Shown: positions 11,301 to 23,077 of the stretch, one piece after another | Layout: the number at the start of each line of letters is the position of its first letter | How positions within the stretch are numbered: the stretch's first letter is position 1 | DNA from: Gonapodya sp. JEL0774 | Taxonomy: Eukaryota | DNA length: 64,000 nucleotides | NCBI GenBank assembly: GCA_027604505.1 | Contig: JADIIX010000020.1 | Location: 124,001-188,000, forward strand | Reading direction: 5' to 3' | The notes under the pieces: generated by a model | The model's input: the letters and a program-made list of their open reading frames with translations, nothing else | What the model was told of the DNA's origin: nothing | The model's database searches: none | Position numbers and translations under genes: made by a program

Positions 11301-14300
11301 GCTGCTCGAACGTCAGCAATTTGAAGAGACGGGTAAACACCTGTGGCAACGACATCGCATAAGGGTTCTGCTTTTCCACCGGTGACATCCTGTTCTTTGT
11401 CTTGCGGTTTGGGAAGTGTGAGAAATATCGACAGATACACGCCACAACTTTTACAAACCGGTTGCGGAGAGGCAATAGAAGACTGTGTATCGGCATTCAC
11501 CACGAGAGCGCATGTGCAGTTGTAGCTTAATAGACTGCCTACCATGAGCCACAAGAGTATCAGTCAGGGGGCTCAATCTCAGGTCTTCGTCCTCTGAGCG
11601 GTGGCATTCATTAGAAAAATTTCGTTTCTCTGATTGATCCGGGTAGTCTGTGCTCGCAGCGGAGACTCGCGTCCGAGAATTCCGAACATTCCGTACATGG
11701 AGGGTGTAACGGACATCGCAATCACTGGGATTTGTCAGGGAGAGGTCCCCTTCGGCGAGTGAATGAACAAGGATACTTCCAAAGTCAATCAGTCGAGAGT
11801 CTGCGGAAAGTTTGCCGAAGGCTCCATGACCAACGACAGAAACGATCGTGAAGTTTTGATGGTTTACGGACACTGAAAATAGTCATTTGTAGAAATGCAT
11901 TAATTCACGATGACACGAAAAAAAAAAATTGAAACTTACGGTCGGAGATTTCACCGAAGACGCAGGGAATCTTAAGCAAATACTTCAAGGGATGTGTGGG
12001 CTGAAAAGTACATTCAAACGTGACCGATTCATTTGGGGCGAATATTCCACGTTCAGGATTAATCTTTACAAGCGATCGGTATGACGAAGGAACTTTCCAC
12101 TATCCCGGGAGGTGAAATTAAGAGTCCAATTCACAGATGACGCGATCGGCCAGCAATGCTCACACAAAAATACACTTTGACCAAAGAAGGATTGTGCACG
12201 GAAAACTGCCGTTCTGATGATAAACCTACACATGTCGGGCGAAACAGAACAATTCCGTTATTCTCAGGCACGAGTCGAGGGGAGCAGCCCGTGCCAGTCA
12301 CCAGAACGCTCTGTAGTTTGATTTGATGAGAGTCGTTTAAGAGAAGTGCTGATTCAGTGCTCTTACGTCCTCGGTAACCATGGCGTTGTTGAATGTGCAC
12401 TTGATGACCTCTCTGTACGATTGAGATTCTCTGGGAGAGAATTTGACAACCACGAGCTGAGCGTCACCGTGCTTCAACAAACAACTCGCCGGTTTGATGT
12501 CGAATATCGGAGGACCCTGCTCCCTATCTTTGTCTTGACTCCCAGTCAAGAACAAAACCTTGACGGAGTTGTCACCTTCATTAGCGACTCGAACTGTGCG
12601 GTAAACAGACTGCAGCGAGTTGCACGACGGCATTTCCACTACTTGAGGTGAGAAAGAGACTTTGGGGATAAAGGTAGTTTCATTTGGGCGGCATGTGCTC
12701 CTTTGACCGCGCATGCTACTTCAGATTTCAGGGTAGGACCTCTGAGGCTGAGGAGAACTCACCCGGAAAACGACGCAACGAGACACCACGGCGGTGTAAA
12801 TGTATCATCGTTGACAAGCCGGAAATTACGCATCGACTTGAAATAGACAAAGCATTCTAGCTGCTGGTGATAAAACGTGTTGTCTGAGCAGGGTCTGAAC
12901 GAGACGCGAAACTCGACAATGGAGAGTGGTTGAATGTCACATGATGAAGGTGAGACCGAGAACACCTTGTCGGCACTAGTTTTGAAGTTATGGATGTCAG
13001 CACTCTGGGGAGGTTTCGAGCAACGCCTCCATACAAGTACCAAACGCCGATGACTCACTCATTCAAACTATCAGAGTTGGGTGAGATCCAGACACAGGAA
13101 ACTGTAACCAAAACCATCAAGTACTCAGAGAAGACGACGACTGGTTACGATAACTCGCCTTTTCCCTTTGTGTTGTTGCGGATCCTAACAACTCGAGTTT
13201 CCGCGATCCGGTAGGCAGGCGACGATCCGAAATCTAAGATGTCTTCTAGGAGTGTAACTTCCTTGAATCCACTGGACCCTTCCATGAAGTATTGATCCAT
13301 CGGGCACGATTTCGGGAATTCTGGAACGGGAACACCTTACAAGCTGGTTCTCTAGATGATGCCGAAGCAATTGCTTTTTGAGTGTTGAACTCACTCTTCA
13401 ATTGATCTGCGAAGGCTATAGAATTGTTCCGTACTACAAGACTCCCGTTCTCGAGCATCTAGGAGGAAAGGCCGTTCATTAACCCCTTGTCGAGTTCTTA
13501 GCGGACAGAACAATACCTCTTCCATCTGTTCCGGACCCTGGAATCGGACAGCGTGAGTGACCGATGCGCGAATAACGCTGGTAACAACTACTCACGAACT
13601 CCCAAACTCCATTATCTACTCGACTCCAGTAACGCTCTAAATGCCGACTAGTAAAAGTTGCGGGACGTCTTTTTTCATTGTAGCAAGTTCCAATTAAATC
13701 CAGAATCTATGAGCGTTGTACGATGCTGGTTACCTCTCACTTTGCACACTCAATCATTTGACAACCACACCTGCGGTTCTTGGTGCTCAATTAGACAATA
13801 GACTCGACGGTGGTAGTTTATCGGCTCCGTGGGACAAAAGCGAATTGTCATTGGTGAAGACGAGCGGGGGCTTAACACCCCAGACGGTTTGTCGAATTTA
13901 AAAGTACTCAGGGAATCCACCATAAACTGATGATGTAGACCGTGCTTCAGTTTTATAATCGTATCAGCAGTGCACCAGGTCAAACGAATACCTGGTATGT
14001 TGCAGGATATTCCGATGCGTTGATCACGTGAAATGCGCGGGCGACTACAGTACCACACTGCGCATCATTGAAGTTCACCAGAGTTGGACTAAGCGTCACA
14101 TGAGGACCGACTCCAGTCCCTGCAACTCTCAAGCCTACGGCATTGCCCGATAGCGCAGAGATTTCGAAGTATTCTGTGGAGGTAACTCCCGCACAGGTTG
14201 GATTGAACGACACCTGTTCCAGTAGGAGAATAAGCGACGCAACTACAGTATCCGAAATGGGCAACTCGCCATAAGATCTGTGTGACAGTTAGGTCCTAGA

Positions 14301-15526
14301 ACACCACTCGTCCTGGAACAAGTAATTGGGCTTCGAACCTGTGCGTCCATGGATTTCGTACGGAAATTGGCAACGACCTGCAGGTTCCTCACTTTTCAAT
14401 AAGAAAGGTTTTATAGGTTCAAACGGCAGAATATACCGACAGGTGACTTGTTCTCGAGTAGAATCTTCCGTTCTGACGTCTTCCCAACAAAAACTTCCCC
14501 GAAATCAAAGTCTTTCGACATTTCTTTGATTGAAATATGCGAAAACTTGCCAATACCGCTTATTTTTAGTCGCTTTGCGACTTTGCTGGTGTGCCATGAG
14601 GTCTTGTCACCAAATTTGCACACCGCCTCACCGGTTAATACGTGAGCAAGCTGGAATTAAGCAAGAGTTGAGCTAATGAACACAGAACAAATCCATAAAA
14701 TCAAACACATACTTCTGGTTTGAAAGAAACTGTCAAAGTAACTACCTCCCCGGGATGCATGGCTCCCAAACCCGGAACTATTGTAAACGGATGACTGCAT
14801 TCCCACTCAAAAGCGCTCGTGAGTTCCCCAGTGTTATGTAAACTAATGACTTTAGACGTCGTCTCATTGACGGGACACATTCCAAAGTCCAGAGAATCAG
14901 CGAAAGTAATATTGTGTTCCGGGAGGGAGGCTTTAATTGGCAGATTGAATTTGCCAAATGTCGTATGAAAGGTCACAAAATCTGTGTAGAACTCCTTTGC
15001 GAGTGGTCGAAAGGTAATCTGAATATTCCAACTCATTCCAGCGCTTAAAGTGACAGTTTCAGGAAAATCCATTGTAAAATATCGAGTTCGAGGGAGCTTG
15101 TAGCGAATTTTCTGAGTCTAGGTCAACAGCTCGATGAATCCCATGCTGATGTTCAATTGTCCGACCAACGCCTGTTCTCACTTTCATGACCACGTTCTTG
15201 ATGGTGAACTGCTTGATGTATTCTCCTCCAGGCTCCCTGGTGAAGCAAACTTCTTGAGACGCAGAACAACTTCCGGACCGGGAATGGGGACTCACCAACG
15301 GGTGAATTTCACAAGCTCGGGAGCATCGATTCCAAATCGACGTCTTCGTTCTGTCAACCAGTGTGAATTGTGTGAAAATAAGCGAGAAGAACCTTTTAAT
15401 GGCTGGCGTCACGGACATACCTTGGCGATTGGGCATACCAGTCTCGCTTTCCTTGTCCGCACTTGGGGTCGATAATGCATGTGATTGACGTTCCACATTT
15501 GGACCTTTGGCAGTCGTGCGAAGCAT
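8329..15526 (-). CDS. CFAP65: Cilia- and flagella-associated protein 65 (CCDC108), large many-intron gene with repeated ASH/MSP Ig-like domains
   Basis: FGIDAPELVKF..WEPGGEYIKQFTIKNV..YKLPRTRYF.MDFPETVTLSAGMS..ITFRP; FCPTEPINYHRRVYCL; LECFVYFKSMRNFRLVNDDTFTPPWC; FRPTCVG; WIFRPLEAKKY; last exon LEGMLESMIFNSIMEAERG ends at TGA 8329-8331. Start ATG 15526 inferred from splice phase. Confidence 0.85.
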
Positions 15527-15739
15527 GGGGGAATTGCGGTTTATAGTTTGGCCCCGTCTCCCAATAAAAGTGGTGACTCCGCAGCAAGACCTGAAAACAG
15601 CCCTGGCCTGCACTTCCGGTTGAGAAGTCCGGTGCTTCCTGAGACGGTAACCAGGAATGGCTCTCAGTCTTTTAGAGTGAGTTAGTCAGTTTGTCAGAGT
15701 GAGTCAGCTTTGAACAGCTGTTTGTGACTCTGATTTACA

Positions 15740-18360
15740 TTATTGATGCAGTTGTACAGTTTTAGACTGCCAGTATGCCTTATTGCTGGCGACATTGCTT
15801 ATAATCTTGTCAATTTCCCCTTCCATATAGAGCTTCCATGCATCGAACAGAGGACTGACCACAAATGTAATAAAACCCTGAAACCCAACATTGGCTCGTG
15901 TTAAGTTCAAAGGTGACTCAATAATGATAAGTGCGATCATTTAACTCACAACCTGACACTTCGGTATATCCGTGGTTCCACGATCAAAGAATTGCGAAAC
16001 GGGCAAGCCTCTTCGCCGCTCTTCATCTCCCTGATTGAAGAACTCCGTCATTATTTTATCAGTCCATTTCTTGCAAAGCTCCAGGGGCTTTGCTGGGTTG
16101 TTCACGTCTGCACACTTTATTGCCATGTTGAGCAAAATTTTCCGATCCGGGCGACTCTCTGGTCTGATCCCCTCGCCCGTCATCTTAGTTTTAAATCGAT
16201 TTATCCACTCGAAATGCATCGCCATATCCGTTGCAAGGACCATAGAGATTATCGTCTCGCGTACGAGTTTGCGAGCATCGCTGGAGAACGATGCAAGGAT
16301 GTTACAATCGTCATTCTGCATCAACTCAAATGCACTGGCCAGATGAAAATGCTCCCTACAAGTCGCGTATGTTAGTCGTAATTGCTCAAATGAGTGCAAT
16401 GAGGCACTCACAGAACTGATTGGTCATTATATCGTATTGCGATTGGGTCCAACGTGGCCATGACAAAGTTGTTGTTTTGACCCGGGTGTTGGTAATCATG
16501 AATCATTGCTGCGATAAGGCCGCCAAACTGCTCCTCCGGTGCCAAGCAATCACACATTTTCGGACGGGTGACATAGAAGTTAATTGAGTGTGTAACATCT
16601 GCGGCATGCACAGAGTTATGGTATGGGTTTTCTTTTTTGTATCCCGCCTCAATATGACACAACCAATTGCGGAATATTCTTTCGGGGATTTTGAACCGGT
16701 CGAGGAAGCCGTGGTACCGCATTATATGGAGTCCCATGAAGTACAAGCCGCGACCTTCCGTAAGCCTGTCCAGCTCAATAACGTCAAACTCAGGGTCCTC
16801 AACATTCTTCAAGTACTCCAATGCTCTTGATCCAAAGGGCAGCATGGAGAAGTCGGCACTTGCATTATGCTCCTTGGTAGTGTACTCGACACTTTCATCA
16901 ACTCGAACCAGCATGGCAGGTGACCTCGCGTCTCCCACACCGTCACCCATAGGTTCATTTTTCACGCTATTCGCAATTGAGCCTGCCTTGCTGTTCGACA
17001 TCGAACCATTCGCGGGTCGTTTACTGTAGTCCATAGGATTCGTTTGGGTTAACAGCATATTGTTTAACCAATCGTGAACCTCCGAATCCACAGGCTTGTC
17101 ATTCAAGTTGGGATTGTAAAGTTGGTCGGACGAGAGCAAGACGTGAATAATGAATTCGAGTTGATCTCTGCTAACTTGATCCAGGTTCGCCGACTCCTTC
17201 AGCTCTCGTAGAATTTGAACAACCTTGGTGAGCGGAGCTTCAAGGTCGAGCTCATGAACTTGTTTAGCGTTCCGCACTTGACGTCGCAGTTCCATGTTTG
17301 CCAAAAACAATGTATGGATGTTTTCGTCACGTTGCACCAGAATAACGGCATTGGATTTAACAAATCGCTCCAGCATCACGAAAACAGCGACGACCATTAT
17401 GCATGCCAGAACCAAAATGACTTCATGCGCAGGTCTGATTGCTGGCTCAAGAGCAACCCCGCAAGAGAACGACTGACAGTCTGCACGGAAAAACTGTGAC
17501 ATTGTGAAAACACAGAGGGCGTAGAGGATCATGAAACATGCCGAGTATATGAGAAGATGCCGCTCAAGTTGTTCATTTCCTGACTGAAGGTAAATGATTA
17601 GAAAAGAAACGTACCAAAGCACCATGACTATCATGTGTGCTTCTCGTGAGATGAATGTAAGGAAAAAGAACGGAAGAAGTGAAATGTAGACCGGAATGAT
17701 GGAATTCTTGTCATACGCAAAAGCGATTCGTGTCGTTTGAAGCACCAAGACGATCCCAATGGCGTAAACGAATGTCATATATGGCCGAATGTTTTCCGAC
17801 CAACCCAGGAAGCGCGCTGAGATCAGGATAATGAGGAAGAAAACGTAATGAATGCACATCTGAGTCAAAATCGGGCCTTTGAGAGGATGTCCGCCTCCTT
17901 TCAGGCGCTCTAGCAAGGCACGTCGATAAGACTTGGATTCCACAGAAGTGTTGTCTCCTTCTGACTTTCCGTTCCGTTTGCCACCTTTCCCCAAAATGTC
18001 CGTGGCTCCATATGCAGTAGGCGAATCTGTTGCATTGTTCTGGAGCTGATTGGTTGCGAAGCCAAGATTGAGATTACTGGGCTCCTTGACACCACTTCCC
18101 ATTCGGCGAGGAGATGGAGTGGTCTGAGGGCCACCAACTGTTCCAGTCGAATGAGCGTTCCCGGGAGATAGTCTTGCAGCTTGTTGTAGGGTTGTCGTTG
18201 GCTTCTTTTGCCATCCGGCTTGTCGATCAAGCATTGCATTTGATCGAAATGAAGTGTGTGGGGGATGAGGGCTACTACGAGCCTGCACCAGTGGCGATGA
18301 TGATGGGCCGTTGGCTACAAATGCACTGCTTCCACTTGCGGGGATTTGAGCCTGGGGCAT
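15740..18360 (-). CDS. Class I 3',5'-cyclic nucleotide phosphodiesterase with N-terminal ~6-TM membrane domain, 3 exons
   Basis: PDEase_I motifs YHNSVHAADV, IHDYQHPG, VLEHFHLA, LATDMAMH, KCADVNNP, EFFNQGDEE, CQ|GFITFV; six hydrophobic stretches at aa ~164-330. Confidence 0.9.
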
Positions 18361-18664
18361 TGCGTTCTTTGAGGTGATGTAGGTGTAAAGTGACAGGTCC
18401 TTGCTCGTGACCCCTGCTTCTGCTGGTGCAGTGATGGGTACCTCGATGGTTTACCGGAAATGAATGGCGCCAACTGCCCAATGATTCGAGGTTTCCAAAT
18501 GGCCTCCGATTCAGGCAGCCCGCTCTGAATCGTCGATTTTGGTCGAGTTGTCAAGGCTCCAGCCCTTCCCAAACCCCGTTTCCCATGTGCACATAAAAGA
18601 CACTGAGTTTATTTTATACTACAGAAGCTGGTCACTACTTCTTGCCCTCGCAACATCTACAAAT

Positions 18665-20448
18665 TCAGAAGAACGAATTAGCTCCCGGACCCGACCGCCC
18701 AAGGTCAGCAAATGGGTTTGTTTGGGGGGTACCACCCGCGGCTTGCCGCAAGAACGGGTTTGCGGAGCTGGATGAAACGGGACAAAGAATTATTTAGGGT
18801 AAGATTGAGTCACGTTTGAACAAGTAAACACTTGCGTCGAAGGTGGTGGGAAGTTAGGTTGGGGGACCCCAAAGTTGTTCAGCTGTGTAACTGGAGGCTG
18901 CTGAGATGGAAAGGGGAAAGTCTTCTGTTGGTTCATTGCGGATTGCATCTGAGGCAGTTGGTTGAATGCATTCGCTCCGACTTGCAACCCAAAATTTGGC
19001 AGATTCATTGTCATTCCTGGAGCATGCGCGCTTGTTCCGAAGCTGGAGGAGGGGTAGCTATTTCCAACGCCAAAAAATCCAAAAGAAGATGAGCCCGATG
19101 CTCCTGTGCTGTTCGGTAAGGCACCGAACATTGGTTGCTGAGGTGGTGCCTGTTGATAAAGGGATAGAATGGCATCCTTCTTTGCCCTTTTCTGATCTTC
19201 ATTCATATCTGACGCCCCTGCACACAAAAGAAATCGTCCAGTCACGAGGAATGTACCTCAGCGTTTCAGAAATAAACCACGAACCGATTAGGGACATGTC
19301 CGTTAGACCATTGGGAGCTCCAAAAGCTTGTTGTGGCACAGGAATTGGATTTCCCCCGAATGGCGAAGAATATAGAGGCTGCTGGGGAGATGGCGTTGGA
19401 CTGGCAAAAATATCGAGGAGTTCATTCAAGGGATTTGAAGGTGCGGCTGGCGCTGGTGAAACCTGTTTCATCACTACATGCGATGAGGCCAAGTTTTGCA
19501 CCTGAGCTGTTGCTGTCGGTGCTGAAGTTGGCGGAGGTTGGGAATGCCTTGCTTGTGAAGCAGCGGTTTGTGGCGTTGATTCCGCTCCTCCGTTTGCAAC
19601 CCCACCCATTCCAATGAGCGCTTCAATGGCCGTCTCAAGAGAGCCATGGACTTGCTTTAAAGCTCGGATATTCTGAGCGACATTGGTGAAGCCCATATCT
19701 TTGAGTTTGCCGATTTGAGCGGCGTATTTGCGCTCGTAATCAATGGAATCGGATCTTGTGGCCTTCGAGCACATGAGGCGGAAAGATCAATTTTCTTTTC
19801 CAGTCTGCTTCTTACCTGCAACCTCCACACTCACTGAGCTTGATGACGACGTCCCATTTGAGGAATCCTGATTGTCGAGATTCATGAACTTCTTCTGTTC
19901 ATACTTCTGTCGAATATAGTGCTCCATATCACTAATAGAGATTGGACACATTACTAAGAACACACTTTATGAGTATCAAGAACGGCACTCACGAGTCACT
20001 TTGAGTGGGGGCGGGTGGTACTTTGGCTTGTTGCAAGATGTACCGGGCATTCACTCTGGAATTACCCATCTGCGACATAAATTCGACCGCTTCGGGAGTC
20101 CACGAATCCAACGTGAGTGACTTGACTTTTGAAACATGAGTTCCCATCTTGCGGTGGAGGCCTTGTGTTTGTGTCAGAATAATACCACGATCTAAAGCCA
20201 GCTAAAGAAGTTTCCTACCTCCACATCTGATGCACAAAAAGCATCCGATATTTATGCTCGCCCAGCGGGGACCTGAATGCGAGATGGGCCTCAAATCGTG
20301 AGCAATGTTGGACAGTCAAGTGACACCGACCTTTGCAACCACAATCAGCACAGATCTGGTTTGAAGAATCACTGGCAATGATCTCCTGTAGCCTCTTAAT
20401 GTTTGCCTCGTCCTGCTTGCGCTTCTCTCTTTCACTCATGTTACTCAT
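18665..20448 (-). CDS. ArfGAP with UBA domain and C-terminal NPF motifs (Gts1/SMAP-like)
   Basis: [55 protein letters not shown]; UBA-like LKDMGFTNVAQNIRAL...AIEALI; last exon has ANPF and TNPF, ends NSFF*. Confidence 0.88.
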
Positions 20449-20522
20449 CTTCAACTTATTGTGGTCGGATGAGAATTTGCCCTGCCTTCGCAAATCTCCG
20501 AACCCTGCATTATATATTTGCA

Positions 20523-22452
20523 TCAATACAAATGCGTTTTATCCTTTGTCTGTGCATATCCCGAAACAGAAGCATCAAAATCTTTCGCTTGGTCTGACAA
20601 GTGAAGAGGTGAACGCTGCAGCAAAGTGAAATCCGATACACACAAAGTGCTCACAAAAGAAAATATATCCACAACCTGCTTGGTTCAAATCTCCAAAATA
20701 ACGCTGCAAATCCGCTTCGTCTACAGGCTCCACGCTATCGTCATCGAACAAGATCCATTGTTCGTACGATTTAGCCAACGTAACATAGTGCCCGTGATAT
20801 GGGCCTCTAAATCAATAAAGAGAAAAATAGAAGTCAACGCAGCAGCAAGGCTTCGAGCAACAATGAGTACAAACGTTCCGATGTGAACAACCACTGCAAA
20901 TAGCTCGTAGAGCCGGTCCGGATTCTCCGCATCATCAGTCTATCAAATGCAATACAGGCGAGTCTGTGGAATCCAAGAGTAACCATGCTCCTTCATTACT
21001 CACAGTGTTGAACATGCGGAGTTCCAGTGGGAATACCACACGATGGGTTAGTTTGATATATCGCTGCAGTCGTTCCTGATACTTAAAACGCTTCAGGTGA
21101 ATCGCGAGAACATTTGGAAGTTTGCGGATCTTCAACCTAGAGTTCGTCAAGCGATGTTCCTTTCAGTTTCAGTGTTCTATAAACACAGTTGAAACAATCT
21201 AACCTCTTTTCGGCTTCTTGCAGGCTCAGACAAACGTCACAGAAGAACTTGTTCTTCGAACACAACATTTCTGAGCTGGAAAAATTCCTGAGGCAAGCTG
21301 TGAGACTTGAGTGCTGGTCAATATCGACGCTGAGATCGAGGAACGGTTCGTCCTTCGATGTGACATTCTCGCAAGTCAGGCATTTTGTTTCATTGGTCAG
21401 CCGGCCTTCAAACAACTCATGAATCCAAGACGCGTGCCTTTCTGCCGACTCCACGCCGTTTGTGCCCAGTTGCGGGGGGACTGTGATGGCGTTCGCTCCA
21501 GAGACAGTGGAACCGTTCTCACTTTGAGCTGTCACAAAATTGATAGCGTCCTTACGTTGTATGTGATCTTCAGGCGGGCATCACTCACAAGATGGAGAAG
21601 GTTTGCTCGCCTTCACCCCGTTTTGCGACTCTTCGATGACAGCTTGCAGTTCCTTTCGACGGTCGAATTCCATTTGATTTCGTAAAAGCACTTCTCCTAC
21701 ACCGTTGAGAAGGTAATTGAGGAACTCATGAGCATCTTGGTGCATATTGCTTCTGAATAGTTCTGAAAACGTGCAAAGTGACAAAACGCAAACGGGGACA
21801 CACGGCAGCCAAGTAGACGTTACCATTCTCTTTCTTGAGCCTATCTACAAATTTTTGCGGTGCCATGACACCAGTCCTCTTCTTCTGCGTTTGAATGTTG
21901 GTGAACAGATCTCTCAGAGATGTCAAGATCGACTCTTCGTCCGCATCCATGTCACCTCCGGTCCTAGACCCATTCGCCTGTTTATCCTTTTTGTCGCGGG
22001 AGAATGATGGCTTCGGGAACCCGTTCAAAGCGTATACACTGGACTCCTTGGGGGTCGCCTCCGCAGTTGGCAAAGGTGCGTCAAAGGGCATTCCCGACAC
22101 GGATTCCCGGAACGGCCTACAGTGATAAAGTGCCTGAAGAACGCTGTTCGCATAGCTTCGTGGACGTGAGTCATACATCAGCAAAACGATCGATGTGATC
22201 ATCTGGGATGGATAGCATACCACGTGTTCCCAAACTTCCAATCCGAGTTCAACAAAGGGAAACGTCAGAGACATGGAGGATCACCTGTAGCAGTCTTCGG
22301 AGCTCACGTTCTCCAGGCCTATGTGCCGTTCATTCCCCGTGACCGTCAGCCAATCGTTCTGGACGGGCTTCTTTTCCTGTGGATAGGATGCAACAGCTAA
22401 CGACATTGTGCGAAAATCAATGGAGAGAGATCGAACGAACCGAAAAGCCCAT
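20523..22452 (-). CDS. Ubiquitin-specific protease, USP12/USP46/CreB-like
   Basis: [19 protein letters not shown]ys box; [76 protein letters not shown]. Start codon uncertain. Confidence 0.9.
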
Positions 22453-23077
22453 CCATTTGGGCAGAAACTGTGACATAGTAGTGTATAATCAGGGGCGAAT
22501 GTGGCTTCAGGTATGTTGTCCGGTCAGTGCTGTCCTCACTTACCCGCCAAATATGGAGCGCGGTTAGAGCTGCCGAGAATACTGCAAACGGGCTCTGCAG
22601 CATCCCAGATTCGTTGGATAGTTCTCCTGCCCCAGAGCTCGACTGTCACACCCCCCGTCAATGTTTGATGTGACTGACATATACTTGTAATCTCTAATAT
22701 CATTAGGAAATGCATGTTTTGAAAGAAAACATCGTTTCAACGTGGAAAGTGTCTTCATCCCGACCTTAGCGCGACCGGCACAGGGCACGACACAATCACT
22801 ACTCAAACTATATTGTTGGAATAATGAGTTCATGCACGTCAGCACTGCCAGAGACTCTCGGGGTGAAGTGAGGAGGTGTGCGACGTCGCCGGAATTTTAT
22901 GCCGCGCGTGACCAACGACCTATTGTACATGTAAGGTGGACAAGATGAATTGACGGGTTTTCAGCGGTGGGCGTGGTGACTTTGCCACAAAGCAGTGCTG
23001 GCAGAGTCGGCAATCTTCCAGACAATTCTCAAATTCATTCAACAGTAGCACATCTACCCGCTAGCCGACCTCACAAC

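Noticed and set aside
11918..11928. Poly-A run suggesting a retro-insertion tail
   Set aside because: It is the poly-T tract of a minus-strand CFAP65 intron; no target-site duplication or element body
15600..15735. TGAGTCA-like repeats, CACTTCCGG and a GGTAAC half X-box upstream of CFAP65
   Set aside because: Short motifs in what is also the PDE 3' region; no full RFX X-box palindrome
17371..17871. Possible rhodopsin-PDE fusion, given the carotenoid oxygenase in the window
   Set aside because: Only six hydrophobic segments and no helix-7 retinal-binding Lys motif
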